Below the pieces are notes generated by a model. The model made no database searches and was not told the origin of the DNA. It saw nothing but the letters and a program-made list of their open reading frames with translations. Below, piece by piece: positions 45,010-55,790 of a stretch of DNA of 64,000 bases. The stretch is from an uncultured Gemmatimonadales bacterium (GTDB taxonomy: Bacteria > Gemmatimonadota > Gemmatimonadetes > Gemmatimonadales > GWC2-71-9). Positions within the stretch are counted from its first letter, which is position 1, and each line of letters begins with the position of its first letter. Where the stretch lies: assembly GCA_963771275.1 (NCBI GenBank), contig CAVYSW010000003.1, forward strand, positions 1,504,001-1,568,000, read 5' to 3'. The position numbers and the translations under genes are program-made.

Positions 45010-47976
45010 TCAGCCGGCCCGACGCGTCACCCGAGCAGCGCCCTCCCGGGCGCGCGCCCGCCAGTCGGCGACCTCGTCGCCGCCGCGGTCCCACAGGTCC
45101 AGCGCCCGCGTGTAGTCCCGCGCCGCTTCCCCATAATCGTTCCGGCGCTCCGCGATCTGCCCCAGCTCGTAGAACGCCCGCGCCGTGAGGAACCCCATCC
45201 AGCTGGTCGGCGGCGCGAGCGAGCGCAAGTAGGCCTCCGCGCTGTCCGCGCGGCCCCCGGCCAGGTGCAGCAGCGCGAGCTGCAGGCGCATCGCCGGCTC
45301 GGGGTCGCCCTCGGGCAGGTTGTCGGTGTGGATCGTCCACAGGAGATAGGCACGGCGCGCGTGCTGGAGCGCCTCGGCGAGGTTCCCCCGGCGCATCGCC
45401 AGGCGGGCGTCGAAGTCGGCTTGGAGCGCGCCCACCCAGTCCTCCGACAGGCCGCCCGTCTCGCGGGGGAGTCGACCGAGCGCGGCGCGCCAGCGCCGGG
45501 TGATGGCGGTGTCGCCGAAGGTGGCGTGGTGCGCGCCGATCGCCCATCCGGCGCGCCAGACGGGACGCCGCTGGAACTGGGTGGCCGCCGAATCGGGAGG
45601 GAACCAGACGGCCAGCGAGTCCACGACGCGACCGGCTACCTCGGGGTCGCCCACTCCCGCGAGGTTCGCCGCGACGAGATGGAACTCGACGGTCCGCCGC
45701 AGCCAGAGCGTCCCGTCGAGGGCGCCGGACTGGACCACAGAATCCGTGGCGCGGATCCGGCCCTCCGCCATCCAGAGCTGGAGCAGCGCGGCCATCGCGG
45801 TCGTCGCAGCGGGGCCGGCGGGCGCCGCGGCCCGGACCCCGGCCAGGAACTGCTCCGCCCGACCTGGGCGACTCACGCGGAGGATGCGCAGGGCGGTGAT
45901 CCACTCCGGCAGCGGGCGCGCTGCCAGCCGCGGGGTCATGGAGTCGAACGCCGCCACCGACGCGGTGGCCGCGCGCAGCCCCGCGAGCTGGCCACCCACC
46001 AGCGGTTGCGCCGTGTCGGCGCGGGCCAGGCGCGCGATCTGCTCCGCGGCGTCGGCGGAGTCCCCTCCCACCGCGGCCAGCCAAGCGCGGCCGACGAGGG
46101 AGGGCAAGTGGTCGGGATCCAGCCCGACCGCGTGCTCGGCGGCGGCCCGGACATCGGAGAACCCCGCGCCGTATTGCCAGCCGTACGCCTGGTGCGTGTA
46201 GGCGAGGATCTGCCACCCCTCGACATCCGTGCTGTCGATCTCCACGATGCGGCGGGCGGCGTTCATCGCGGTGAGGCCGTCGGTGCGCACCAGCGCGCGA
46301 GCCGCCTCCACGCGCAGCCGGTTGCGCTCGCTCAGGGAGTCGGCGTAGCGGCTGGCGCGTTCGACCAGGGGCAACAAGCCGCTGTAGGCTTGTCCGTGCA
46401 TGAACAGGGACCAGGACTTGATGCGCACCGCCTCGACCAGGGCCAGCGCGAAGCCCGAATCCAGAGCGAGCGCCCGGTCGATGGCCCGTTCCGCGGAGTC
46501 GACCATGCCCCCGCGCAGGGCGCGCCGGGCATCCAGGTAGGCCTTGAGCGCATCGACGGAGCGCGTGCTGTAGCCGGTGATCTCCCGTACCTCCGGCAAC
46601 TGTTCCTCGTGCCAGATCCGCGCGATGACGGCCACGGCGAGCTCCTGCACCAGCGCCGGCAGCGCCATGACGGAGCCGCGCACGGTGAAGGTGTGGACCG
46701 GCGTCGCCAAGCCCAGCTCGTAGATCCGGAGCGTGACCGCCAGGCTGTCCCCCGCGCGGAACGCCGAGCCCAGCACGAAGCGGCGGGCGCCCGCCCGCCC
46801 CGCGAGGCGGGCCCCCTGGTCGACGCTGGGCGCCACCGCCCGGTCGCCGCCGGCCGACCGGAGGGACTGCCACAGCGACCAGGGATCGGCCACGCTCACG
46901 CCCGGCGTGCCGTCGAGCGCGGTGGCGAGCAGGTCGCCCAGCGCCTCGGACCATTCACCCGCGCCGCCCGCGGTCTCGCGGAATGGGAACACGGCGATCC
47001 CCAGGCGTTCGGTCGCGACCGCGGGCTTGGGGCTGAGGAACCGGTAGCCCAGGAAGAGAATGGCGATGATCGCGAGGCCGGTGAGCAGCGGACGGGCCAG
47101 CATCTGGGCCGCGCGGCGGCTCGCCGGGATCCGTGACGGCGGCTGGCCGGTGTTGGCGCGCAGCGCCGCCGCAAACGCCTGGCACGTGGGATAGCGGTCG
47201 GCGGGGGTCGCCGCGAGCGCGCGTCTGACGACCTCGTCGAGGCCGCTCGTCACCGTGGGCCTGACCGGCTGGATCGGGCGCACCTCGCCCGTCAGGCTGC
47301 GGGCGATGATGGCCTGCGGCGTCGGGCCCGTGTGGGGCGGCTCGCCCGCCAGGGACTCGTACAGCACGCACGCCAGCGAGTATTGGTCGCTGCGGCCGTC
47401 GAGGTCGTCGCCCGCCGCCTGCTCGGGACTCATGTAGGCCGGCGTGCCGATCGCCAGGCCCGTCTGGGTCAACCGCTGTCCCGGCGCGGCCCCGATCGCG
47501 CGGGCGATCCCGAAATCCGCGACGACGGCGTGTCCGGACTCGAGCAGGATGTTCTCCGGCTTGACGTCGCGGTGCACCACCCCGTGGCTGTGGGCGTACG
47601 CCAGCGCGTCGGCCACCTCCAGCGCGATGGCGTACGCATCGTCCAGCGGCAGCTGGTGCTCGCGCTCGAGCCGCGCCCGCAGGGATTCGCCCTCGACGTA
47701 CGGCATGACGTAGAACAGGAAGCCGTCGGCGTCGCCCGAGTCGAACAGGGGGAGGATATTGGGGTGACGCAGCGTCGCCGAGATCTCGATCTCGCGCAGG
47801 AACCGCTCGGGACCGATCGCCGCCGCCAGCTCGGGGCGGAGCACCTTGAGCGCGACGCGGCGGCCGTGCTTGCGGTCGCGGGCGAGATAGACGGTCGCCA
47901 TGCCGCCGCGTCCGATCTCGTCCATCAGATCGTACCGCTCGGCCAGTGCCGAGCGCAGCCGCTCCGGAGCTCCCAC
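45010..47976 (-). CDS. Hanks-type Ser/Thr protein kinase with TM segment and helical-repeat (TPR-like) C-terminus
   Basis: GRGGMA.VY, VALK, HRDVKPEN, DFG, GTPAYMSPEQ; TM helix; IAVFPF domain; TPR-like repeats. Confidence 0.93.
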   Translation of the reverse strand: MGAPERLRSALAERYDLMDEIGRGGMATVYLARDRKHGRRVALKVLRPELAAAIGPERFLREIEISATLRHPNILPLFDSGDADGFLFYVMPYVEGESLRARLEREHQLPLDDAYAIALEVADALAYAHSHGVVHRDVKPENILLESGHAVVADFGIARAIGAAPGQRLTQTGLAIGTPAYMSPEQAAGDDLDGRSDQYSLACVLYESLAGEPPHTGPTPQAIIARSLTGEVRPIQPVRPTVTSGLDEVVRRALAATPADRYPTCQAFAAALRANTGQPPSRIPASRRAAQMLARPLLTGLAIIAILFLGYRFLSPKPAVATERLGIAVFPFRETAGGAGEWSEALGDLLATALDGTPGVSVADPWSLWQSLRSAGGDRAVAPSVDQGARLAGRAGARRFVLGSAFRAGDSLAVTLRIYELGLATPVHTFTVRGSVMALPALVQELAVAVIARIWHEEQLPEVREITGYSTRSVDALKAYLDARRALRGGMVDSAERAIDRALALDSGFALALVEAVRIKSWSLFMHGQAYSGLLPLVERASRYADSLSERNRLRVEAARALVRTDGLTAMNAARRIVEIDSTDVEGWQILAYTHQAYGWQYGAGFSDVRAAAEHAVGLDPDHLPSLVGRAWLAAVGGDSADAAEQIARLARADTAQPLVGGQLAGLRAATASVAAFDSMTPRLAARPLPEWITALRILRVSRPGRAEQFLAGVRAAAPAGPAATTAMAALLQLWMAEGRIRATDSVVQSGALDGTLWLRRTVEFHLVAANLAGVGDPEVAGRVVDSLAVWFPPDSAATQFQRRPVWRAGWAIGAHHATFGDTAITRRWRAALGRLPRETGGLSEDWVGALQADFDARLAMRRGNLAEALQHARRAYLLWTIHTDNLPEGDPEPAMRLQLALLHLAGGRADSAEAYLRSLAPPTSWMGFLTARAFYELGQIAERRNDYGEAARDYTRALDLWDRGGDEVADWRARAREGAARVTRRAG

Positions 47977-48034
47977 CGTCCGCCTCCCCCGTTCTGCGGC
48001 TAAGATGTCGCGCCCGGCGGCGCGCCGCCAGGAA

Positions 48035-49099
48035 CTAGCCGGTCGAGCTGGGGTGGCGGGCCAGGGCGGCGTCGACGATCACCTTGAGCGCCGCCTCGAA
48101 GCTGTATCCGGCCTTCTCCGCCGACTCCATGAACGACACGCCTTCGGTCAGGTCGGGGTTGGGGTTCACCTCGAGCACGAAGGGGTGATCGTCCGGCGTC
48201 AGCCGCAGGTCGAGTCGCGCGTAGTCCCGGCAGCCGGTCACCCGGTACGCCGCGAGCGCCGCGTCACGCACGCGCTTCTGCGCGCGCCGCGAGAGCCGCG
48301 CCGGGCAGATCGTGAACACCTGGTGGAACACCTCGTCGAGCGGGTTCCACTTGGCGTCGAAGCTGATGATCGTGGGATGGTCGGACGGGAGCGCGGAGAA
48401 ATCGAACTCGACGATCGGCAGCACGTCGGGATGCTCGTTGCCCCACACCGACACGTGGAGCTCGCGCCCTTCGACGAACTCCTCGACGAGCGCCGCGCCG
48501 GGGAATTCGGCGATCGTATACTCGAGACGCGCGAGCAGCGCCGCATGGTCGTGCACGACGGACTCGCGATCGACCCCCGCGCTCGCGTCCTCGCGTCCCG
48601 GCTTCACGATCAGCGGGTAGTGGAGCCCGTGCCGGCGCGAGATCCTGGGCTCGGCCAGCACCCGGTAGCGGGGTGTCGGCACGCCGTTCGCGAGCAGCAC
48701 GAGCTTGGTGAGGCCCTTGCGGCGGCACAGCGTCAGCGCGAACGGCCCGCAGCCGGTGTACGGCACCTCGTGCACGTCGAGCAGGGCCGCGATGTGCGAC
48801 TCATGCTCGGGGTCGCTGCGATAGTGCTCGACGACGTTGAACACCACGTCGGGTGGCTTCCGCGCGAGCAGCCGCTCGAGCACGCCGAGGTCGTCGCCCA
48901 GGTTCACGCCGCGCGCGCGGAACCCGGCGCGCCGCAGACCGTTCACGAGCGCCCGGTATTCCTCCATCACGGTCGCGACGTGGATGTCGTACTCGGGCTC
49001 GAACGGGAGCGTCGCGGGGTCGAGATCCCGCAGCTTCTCGTACTCGTCCTCATCCACGTGATTGTACAGCACGACCACCGAAGGCTTCGTGTCCGGCAT
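48035..49099 (-). CDS. D-Ala-D-Ala ligase-like ATP-grasp protein
   Basis: VFNVVE, VPYTG, YPLIVKP..EDAS.G, VEEFVEGRE, YARLDLR, LEVNPNP. Confidence 0.85.
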   Translation of the reverse strand: MPDTKPSVVVLYNHVDEDEYEKLRDLDPATLPFEPEYDIHVATVMEEYRALVNGLRRAGFRARGVNLGDDLGVLERLLARKPPDVVFNVVEHYRSDPEHESHIAALLDVHEVPYTGCGPFALTLCRRKGLTKLVLLANGVPTPRYRVLAEPRISRRHGLHYPLIVKPGREDASAGVDRESVVHDHAALLARLEYTIAEFPGAALVEEFVEGRELHVSVWGNEHPDVLPIVEFDFSALPSDHPTIISFDAKWNPLDEVFHQVFTICPARLSRRAQKRVRDAALAAYRVTGCRDYARLDLRLTPDDHPFVLEVNPNPDLTEGVSFMESAEKAGYSFEAALKVIVDAALARHPSSTG

Positions 49100-49169
49100 G
49101 ATCCGCCGACTGTCCGCGTGTCCCGAAAGGATGCTACGTTGAAGGGTACTCCGGCAAGGTGGCGTGGTG

Positions 49170-50114
49170 ATGGATCGACGCGAGTTCGCTGGGGCGCTGG
49201 CCGGTGTGGGCATCGGTCTCGCGGGTGACGGCCTGCGCGGCACGCGTGGGGCCGGGGCGATTCCGCTGCGCCCGCTCGGCGACGCCGGCGTTGCCGTGAC
49301 GATGCTCGGACTCGGCGGCCATCACGCGGGCCTGGCGGACTCCGCGGGCGCCGCGCGGCGGCTGGTGGACACGGCGCTCGCCGAGGGCATCCGGTTCTTC
49401 GACACGGCCGAGAGCTACCAGGGCGGGCGCTCCGAGCGCTGGTTGGGCGCCGCGCTCCAGGGCCAACGCGGCGACGTGTTCCTCGCGAGCAAGACGTTCT
49501 CCCCCGCGGAGCGCAGCGCGGACGGCGCGCGGCGTCACCTGGACGACAGCCTCGCGCGGCTGCGCACCGACTACCTCGATCTCTGGCAGCTCCACGCGGT
49601 GCGAAGCGTCGCGGACGTGGATCGCGCGTTCGGCCCGGGCGGCGCGATGGAGTACCTCCTGGAGGCGAGGCGACGCGGGCTGGTACGGCTGCTGGGCGTG
49701 ACGGGGCACGCTACGCCCGCCGCGCACCTGCGGGCGCTGGAGCACTGGGACCGCGGCGCGCGGTTCGACGTGATGCAGCTGCCGCTCAACCCGCTCGACG
49801 CTCACCGGCGGGGCTTCCAGCGGCAGGTTCTCCCCGGGCTCGTCGCGCGCGGCATCGGCGTGATCGCCATGAAAGCGTCGGCCGACGGCACGCTGCCTCG
49901 CGCCGGACGCTGCTCGATGGCGGACTGTCTGGATTACGTCTGGTCGCTGCCCGTGAGCGTGGTCGTGGTCGGCATGGAGCGGCCCGAGCTGGTGCGCGAG
50001 AATGCGGCGCTCGCGCGGCGGCATGCGCGATGGGACGAGCACCGGATGGCGCGACTCGAAGAGCGGGTCGCCCTGCACGCGGGGCGCGCGCGGGAGTGGC
50101 ACAACGGCGCGTGA
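49170..50114 (+). CDS. Tat-exported aldo/keto reductase
   Basis: MDRREF signal; FFDTAESY, ASKT, TDYLDLWQLH, GVTGH, IAMK. Confidence 0.88.
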   Translation: MDRREFAGALAGVGIGLAGDGLRGTRGAGAIPLRPLGDAGVAVTMLGLGGHHAGLADSAGAARRLVDTALAEGIRFFDTAESYQGGRSERWLGAALQGQRGDVFLASKTFSPAERSADGARRHLDDSLARLRTDYLDLWQLHAVRSVADVDRAFGPGGAMEYLLEARRRGLVRLLGVTGHATPAAHLRALEHWDRGARFDVMQLPLNPLDAHRRGFQRQVLPGLVARGIGVIAMKASADGTLPRAGRCSMADCLDYVWSLPVSVVVVGMERPELVRENAALARRHARWDEHRMARLEERVALHAGRAREWHNGA

Positions 50115-50207
50115 CCGGATCCCGACCGGTTCGCTCCCCACCACCCTCGCCGCCGCTCCGCCCGACGGGATAACTTCCCCACCGTACCCGCTCCGGATCG
50201 GCCCTCC

Positions 50208-52202
50208 GTGTCCCTCGCTGCGTTCTCCCCGCGACAACGCGCCGTGCTTGCCGCCGTCGCCGATACGCTGCTCCCGTCACTCACGCGCGACCCGGACCCG
50301 GGCGACTACTTCGCCACCGGCGCCGTGCGGGCCGGCACGCCCGATCGCGTGCTGCGCCTGATCGCCGGCCTGACGAATCCCTCGGACGTCGCGCGGCTGC
50401 GCCTGCTCGTCTCCGTGCTCGGTTCGCCCACCGCCAACCTCGCGGCTGGATTCGGGTTCCGGTCGTTCGCCGACATGGAGCCGGTGACCCGCGAGGCGTT
50501 GCTCCGCAGCTGGGCCACGTCGCCGATCGCGCTCAAGCGGGCCGGCTTTCAGGCGCTCAAGCGCCTGTGCCACGTGGCCTACTTCTGCTGGCCGACGGAC
50601 GGGGTGCGGCATCCGGTCTGGGCCGCGACCGGGTACCCGGGACCGCTGCCGCAGCCCGCGGTGGCGGTGGAACGGCTTCCGGCGCTCGCCATCGACCGTG
50701 ACACGACGCTCGACTGCGAAGTGGTCGTCGTCGGGTCGGGCGCCGGCGGCGGCGTCGCGGCCGGCGTGCTCGCCGCGGCCGGGCGCGACGTGGTCGTGCT
50801 CGAGAAAGGCCCCAATGCGGGGTCGCGCGACCTGACGCAGGTCGAAGGCGACATGCTGAGCGAGCTGTTCTTCGAGCGCGGGATGCTGATGACGCACAGC
50901 GGCTCGATGCCGATCCTGGCGGGGAGCTGCGTGGGCGGCGGGACGGCGATCAACTGGACCACCAGCTTCGCGTTGCCGGACGCGATTCGCGCCGAGTGGG
51001 ACGAGCGCGCGGGACTCGGGCTGTTCACGAGCGCGGCCTTCGGGGCGTCGCTCGACCGCGTCATGGCGCGCGGCCACGTCGGGACCACGTGGACGACGCC
51101 GGGCCGCCGGGACCAGCTGCTCGAGCGGGGGCTCACGGCGCTCGGCTGGGACGTGCACCCGATTCCGCGCAACGTGACCGGGTGCCGCGAGGGCCTCGAG
51201 TGCGGCTACTGCGGGTACGGCTGCCGGCACGGCGCCAAGAATTCCACCGACCGCACCTATCTCGCCGACGCGACGGCGGCCGGCACCCGGCTGATCCCGC
51301 AGTGCGACGTCACGCGGGTCATCGTCGAGCGGGGGCGCGCCGTTGGTGTGGAGGGAAGCGCGCGGGGCGCGGACGGCCGCGTGCACCGCGTCGGCGTGCG
51401 GGCGCGCGTTGTGATCGCCGCGGCCGGAGCGATCGCCACTCCGGCGCTGCTCGCGCGGTCGGGCCTCCGCAACCCGCACATCGGGCGCAACCTGCACCTC
51501 CATCCCGTGACCGCCGTGCTCGGCGTCTTCCCCGATCGCGTGGATCCGTGGTCCGGCAGCCTGCAGACGCGCTACACCAGTCACATCGCCGACATGGACG
51601 GCCGGGGCTACGGCGCGCGGTTCGAGACGGGCCCGCTCCACTTCGCGCTGCCGGCGAGCGCGTTCGGCTGGGAGAGCGCCCGCCAGCTGCGGGAGGACGT
51701 GGCCCGGCTGGGGTACATGAGCGTCGTCGGCATCCTGCTGCGCGATCGGGACACCGGCCGCGTGGCGGTGAGCCGGCAGGGGCGGACGCGCGTCCACTAC
51801 GAGCCGTCGCGCTACGACGTGCAGCACATGCGGCGCGCGATCCGGGCCGCCGCGGACGTGCTCGCCGCCGCCGGCGCCACCGAGCTGATCACGCTGCAGA
51901 CACCGCCGGTGCGGGCGCGGCCGGGGCAGCGCCGCTGGCTGGACGACATGATGGCCGGGGCCGACGCCGTGGGCTACCGCAGGTGCCGGATGTCGTACAT
52001 CTCGTTCCATCAGATGGCGAGCGCGGCGATCGGTCGCGACCCGGAGCGCGGCGCGGTCGGCGAGACCGGCGAGTCGTTCGAAGTGCGGGGCCTCTACGTC
52101 GCCGACGGCAGCGCGTGCCCGACGTCGACCGGCGTGAACCCGATGATCACGATCATGGCGATCGCCGACCACGTCACCCGGGGAATCGCCCAGGCGTGGT
52201 GA
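50208..52202 (+). CDS. GMC-family oxidoreductase, long-chain fatty alcohol oxidase-like
   Basis: VVVGSGAGGG FAD motif, GSCVGGGTAINW, CGYCGYGC, NLHLHP, SFHQMAS, ADGS..PTSTGVNPMITI; extra N-terminal domain. Confidence 0.88.
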   Translation: MSLAAFSPRQRAVLAAVADTLLPSLTRDPDPGDYFATGAVRAGTPDRVLRLIAGLTNPSDVARLRLLVSVLGSPTANLAAGFGFRSFADMEPVTREALLRSWATSPIALKRAGFQALKRLCHVAYFCWPTDGVRHPVWAATGYPGPLPQPAVAVERLPALAIDRDTTLDCEVVVVGSGAGGGVAAGVLAAAGRDVVVLEKGPNAGSRDLTQVEGDMLSELFFERGMLMTHSGSMPILAGSCVGGGTAINWTTSFALPDAIRAEWDERAGLGLFTSAAFGASLDRVMARGHVGTTWTTPGRRDQLLERGLTALGWDVHPIPRNVTGCREGLECGYCGYGCRHGAKNSTDRTYLADATAAGTRLIPQCDVTRVIVERGRAVGVEGSARGADGRVHRVGVRARVVIAAAGAIATPALLARSGLRNPHIGRNLHLHPVTAVLGVFPDRVDPWSGSLQTRYTSHIADMDGRGYGARFETGPLHFALPASAFGWESARQLREDVARLGYMSVVGILLRDRDTGRVAVSRQGRTRVHYEPSRYDVQHMRRAIRAAADVLAAAGATELITLQTPPVRARPGQRRWLDDMMAGADAVGYRRCRMSYISFHQMASAAIGRDPERGAVGETGESFEVRGLYVADGSACPTSTGVNPMITIMAIADHVTRGIAQAW

Positions 52203-52217
52203 CCGCGCGGCCCGGCG

Positions 52218-53954
52218 TCACAGCGAGACGGAGCCCTTCCGGAAGTCGGTGGGGTCGATCAGCACGTTGACCAGCGCCGGCGTGCCCGCGCGCGCCGCGG
52301 CCTTGGCTTGGGCGAGCGCCGGCGCGAGCTCCGCGGGCCGTGCGACGCGGAACCCGGCCCCTCCGTAGCCGCGCGCCACGACGTCGTAGTCCGTGCGCCG
52401 CAGCACCGTGCCGACGTCGTCGCCCAACAGCTCCCGCTGCTCGCGCGCGATCTGGGTCCAACCGGCGTCGTTCCCCACGACACCGATGACGGGGAGTCCG
52501 TGGCGGACGAACGTGTCGAACTCCGCGAGACTGTACGCCGCGGCGCCGTCGCCGTAGATGATCCAGACCTCCGCCTCGGGACGGTGAAGCTTGGCGCCGA
52601 GCGCGAACCCGGCGCCCACGCCGAGCGTGCCGAACACCCCAGGATCGAGGTGCCGCAGCGGGCCGCGCGGCGTGAGGATGTAGGACGCGGTGGCCGCGAA
52701 ATCGCCGCCGTCGAGCACGAACACGCTGTCGTCCTCGGCCGCCGCCTCGACCGCCTGACACACGGCGAGCGGGTTGACGAACGTGCCGGGGACGGCGGCG
52801 CGCCGGCGGATATCCTCCTCGCGGGCGGCATCCCGGGCGCGCAGGCCGGCGCGCCACGCGTCCCACGCGGGGGAAGGAGGGCGGGCGGCCGCGAGGGCCG
52901 CGAGAAATCCGGCGACGTCTCCCACGGCGGCAATCGCGGGGCGGCGGTTGAGGCGCGCCTCGGCCCGACTGAGATTGGCGGCGATGACGCGCGCCGACCG
53001 CGGAATCTGGCGCCCATAGTCGAGCCGGAAATCGCATGGCGCCCCGGCGAGCACGACGACGTCGGCCTCGCGCAACGCCGCCGTGCGCGCGTGACGCAGC
53101 AGCAGCGGATGCGCCCGCGGCAGGAGCCCGCGCGCCATGCCGGAGAGATAGACCGGAATGCCGAGCGCGGTGACGGCGCGGGCGAGCTCGTCGGCGGCGC
53201 CCGCGTGGATCATGGCCTGGCTGCCGACCAGCAGGACGGGTCGCTCGGCGCGACCGAGCAGCTCCGCCGCGCCCCGCACGCGGCGCGGATCGAGGTCGCG
53301 TGATCGGTCACGCGCGGCCGACCCGGAACCGGCCGCCGCTGTGCCGCCTCCGGCGAACATGCGGTCCAGGTGACGACGCAGATACCAGCGCTCGAGCCGC
53401 GCGCGGAACGAGCGGGGTGCGGTGGTGCCCGCGTCGTACCAGCTCCGCACGATGGCCTCGTCGTACAGCAGATCCACGGGGCACTCGAGGAACACCGGAC
53501 CCGGCACGCCGTGCGCCGCCTCGGCGAGCGCGGTCTCGAGCAACGGGACCAGGTCACGCAGCCGCCGGGCGGAGGCGGCCCACTTCACGTACGGCCGGAC
53601 CACGGGCAGGTGGTCGATGTCCTGCAGCGCGCCGCGCCCGCGGAGCACCGTCGGCGCGGCGCCGCCGAGCAGCACGACGGGCGACTGCGCCAGCCGCGCG
53701 TTCTCGAGGGCCGTGAGGGCGTTCGTCACGCCGGGACCCGCGGTCACCGCGGCGACCCCGGGCGCGCCCGACAGGCGGGCGGTGGCGTCGGCGGCGAAGA
53801 CGGCGGTGGCCTCGTCCCGCACGTCCACGACCCGCAGGCCCCGCTCCTTGGCGCCCACCAGGATCGGCGCGATGTGCCCGCCGCACAGGGTGAACAGCGC
53901 GCCCACCCCCCGCCGCGCGAGCACCTCGCCGATCCGGCGGCCGCCGTCCGTCAC
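52218..53954 (-). CDS. Thiamine-diphosphate enzyme (acetolactate synthase-like; ILVBL/2-hydroxyacyl-CoA lyase-like)
   Basis: [50 protein letters not shown]...GND ThDP motif; GTGA overlap at 53954. Confidence 0.9.
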   Translation of the reverse strand: MTDGGRRIGEVLARRGVGALFTLCGGHIAPILVGAKERGLRVVDVRDEATAVFAADATARLSGAPGVAAVTAGPGVTNALTALENARLAQSPVVLLGGAAPTVLRGRGALQDIDHLPVVRPYVKWAASARRLRDLVPLLETALAEAAHGVPGPVFLECPVDLLYDEAIVRSWYDAGTTAPRSFRARLERWYLRRHLDRMFAGGGTAAAGSGSAARDRSRDLDPRRVRGAAELLGRAERPVLLVGSQAMIHAGAADELARAVTALGIPVYLSGMARGLLPRAHPLLLRHARTAALREADVVVLAGAPCDFRLDYGRQIPRSARVIAANLSRAEARLNRRPAIAAVGDVAGFLAALAAARPPSPAWDAWRAGLRARDAAREEDIRRRAAVPGTFVNPLAVCQAVEAAAEDDSVFVLDGGDFAATASYILTPRGPLRHLDPGVFGTLGVGAGFALGAKLHRPEAEVWIIYGDGAAAYSLAEFDTFVRHGLPVIGVVGNDAGWTQIAREQRELLGDDVGTVLRRTDYDVVARGYGGAGFRVARPAELAPALAQAKAAARAGTPALVNVLIDPTDFRKGSVSL

Positions 53955-54391
53955 GCGCGCAGCAGGTCCGGCCGCCAGGACGTGATCAGCCGCTTGATCG
54001 CCTCGCGGTCCCGGATGTCCTCGGCCAACACCTTGCGCACCAGCGCCACGACCTCCGCGTCCGCGGCGAACCGCAGACCCACCAGCTGATCGGGAGTCAG
54101 GTCGTCGATCCGGCCCTGCAAATCCGGCGGCAGGAGCCGGGCGAGCCGCAGCCGCTCCTCGAGACGGATCACGCGGTCCTGCACCGCCACGGGGAACTGC
54201 CGCGCGTAGAGGAACAACAGGCCGACACCGACGGCGAACAGAAAGGTGACCGCGCTGCCCACCGCCGGATGCCGTACGAGCTGTGCGGCGGTCCAGCCGA
54301 GATACAGCAGGAGGCACAGGGAGGTGACGAAGTGGTACCCGGGCACGAAGCGCCGGTGGGTTTTGTACGTCTGCGTCAAAGTCTCGGTCAT
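53951..54391 (-). CDS. Conserved small membrane protein (DUF6526-like)
   Basis: QTY.THRRF.P.YHF, two TM helices, QDR.IRLEE.LR, GLRFA.D.E, W..D..R. Confidence 0.75.
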   Translation of the reverse strand: MTETLTQTYKTHRRFVPGYHFVTSLCLLLYLGWTAAQLVRHPAVGSAVTFLFAVGVGLLFLYARQFPVAVQDRVIRLEERLRLARLLPPDLQGRIDDLTPDQLVGLRFAADAEVVALVRKVLAEDIRDREAIKRLITSWRPDLLRA

Positions 54392-54439
54392 GTGCGATCC
54401 TCGGGCTGAAGGGGCAAGAGCGCTCGAACGCGACGCGTG

Positions 54440-55697
54440 CTACCCCGCCGCCGCGATGGCGCGAACGCCCGCGACGAGCCGGTCCACCTCCTCGCGCGTG
54501 GTGTAGCAGGCCGACCCGGCGCGCACGAGGCCTTCGGGCTGCAGGGCGAGCCGCTCGACCACGGTGTGCGCGTAGAAGTCGCCGTGCGACACGAACACCG
54601 CGCGATCCGCCAGCCGGCGCGCGACCTCGCGGGACGGCACGCCGCGCACCACCCAGCCGACGGTCGGCGTGCGCGCCGCGCCGGGAGGCGACCCGAACAG
54701 CCGGACACCCGGGATGCCACCCAATCCGTTCCACAGCGCCGCGAGCAGGTCGCGCCCGCGGGCATGCAGCTCGGCGAACACGGCCGCGAGACGGGGCCGC
54801 AGCGCGCCCGCGCCCGCGAGGGAGCCGAGCCACTCGACGGCCGCCGCGGCACCCACGATACCCTCGTGGTTGATCGTGCCGGTCTCGACGTTCTCCGGCG
54901 GCTCGTCCGGGGCGGGAATCAGCCTGGGGAAGTCGGTCGCGGCCAGCAGCGCGCGCCGGCCGAAGAGCACGCCCACGTGCGGGCCGTAGAACTTGTAGGC
55001 GGAGCACGCGAAGAAGTCGCAGTCGAGCGCCGGCACGTCGGGCAGGACGTGCGGCGCGTAGTGCACGCCGTCCACAAACACCAGCGCGCCGGCCGCCCGG
55101 GCGAGCCGCGCCGCCGCCGCCACGTCGTTGATCGTGCCCAGGGCATTGGAAGCCGCGCCGATCGCGAGCAGGCGCGTGCGCGCGGAGCAGGCGCGCTCGA
55201 GGTCGGCCGGGTCGAGCTGCCCATCCTCGACGCGCATCCGCACCGTGCGGATCGTGATGCCCCGCTCCTGCGCGACGGCGGTCCACGGGGCCACGTTCGC
55301 GTGGTGGTCCAGCTCGGTGACGATCACCTCGTCCCCCGGCCCCCAGGCGCGGCCGAGCGCCCGCGCGAGGTGCATCGTTAGCGTGGTCATGTTGCTGCCG
55401 AACGCGATCTCCTCGGGGGTCGCGTGCAGGAACGCGGCGAACACCGCGCGCGCGTGCGCGAGCGCGGCGTCGGTCTCCGCGCTCGTCGGGTAGGCCCAGT
55501 GCGTGTTCGCGTTGTGGTGATAGAGGTAGTCGAGCAGCGCGTCGCCGACGGCGCGCGGCACCTGCGTGCCGCCCGGCCCGTCGAAGTAGGCTACCCGCTG
55601 ACCCCGGTGGACGCGCTCCAGGGCGGGGAACTGCGCGCGGATCTCGGCGGGCGTCGCGACGGTTGAGGCTTCGATGCGTCGTCTGCGCTGTAGTCAT
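54440..55697 (-). CDS. Cysteine desulfurase-like class V PLP aminotransferase; apparent +1 frameshift just after the start
   Basis: IRAQFPAL, YFDGPGGTQVP, LDHHANVAPW, DGVHYAPH, CSAYKFYGPH (PLP Lys), ETGT. The family frame has no ATG/GTG/TTG upstream of FDGPGG; ATG55697 is one base out of frame. Confidence 0.85.
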
Positions 55698-55790
55698 GGG
55701 CTCAGGACATTGAGGTTGCGGCTGAGAAGGTCATCGACCTGGGTGCGCTCTCGGCAAGACCGGGGCTGCGTCAGCGCCCGAACCTCGGCC

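Noticed and set aside
52218..55697. 1159-aa ORF as a fusion protein
   Set aside because: The ThDP enzyme starts at GTG53954. The upstream part overlaps two real genes in other frames and reads as low-complexity off-frame sequence.
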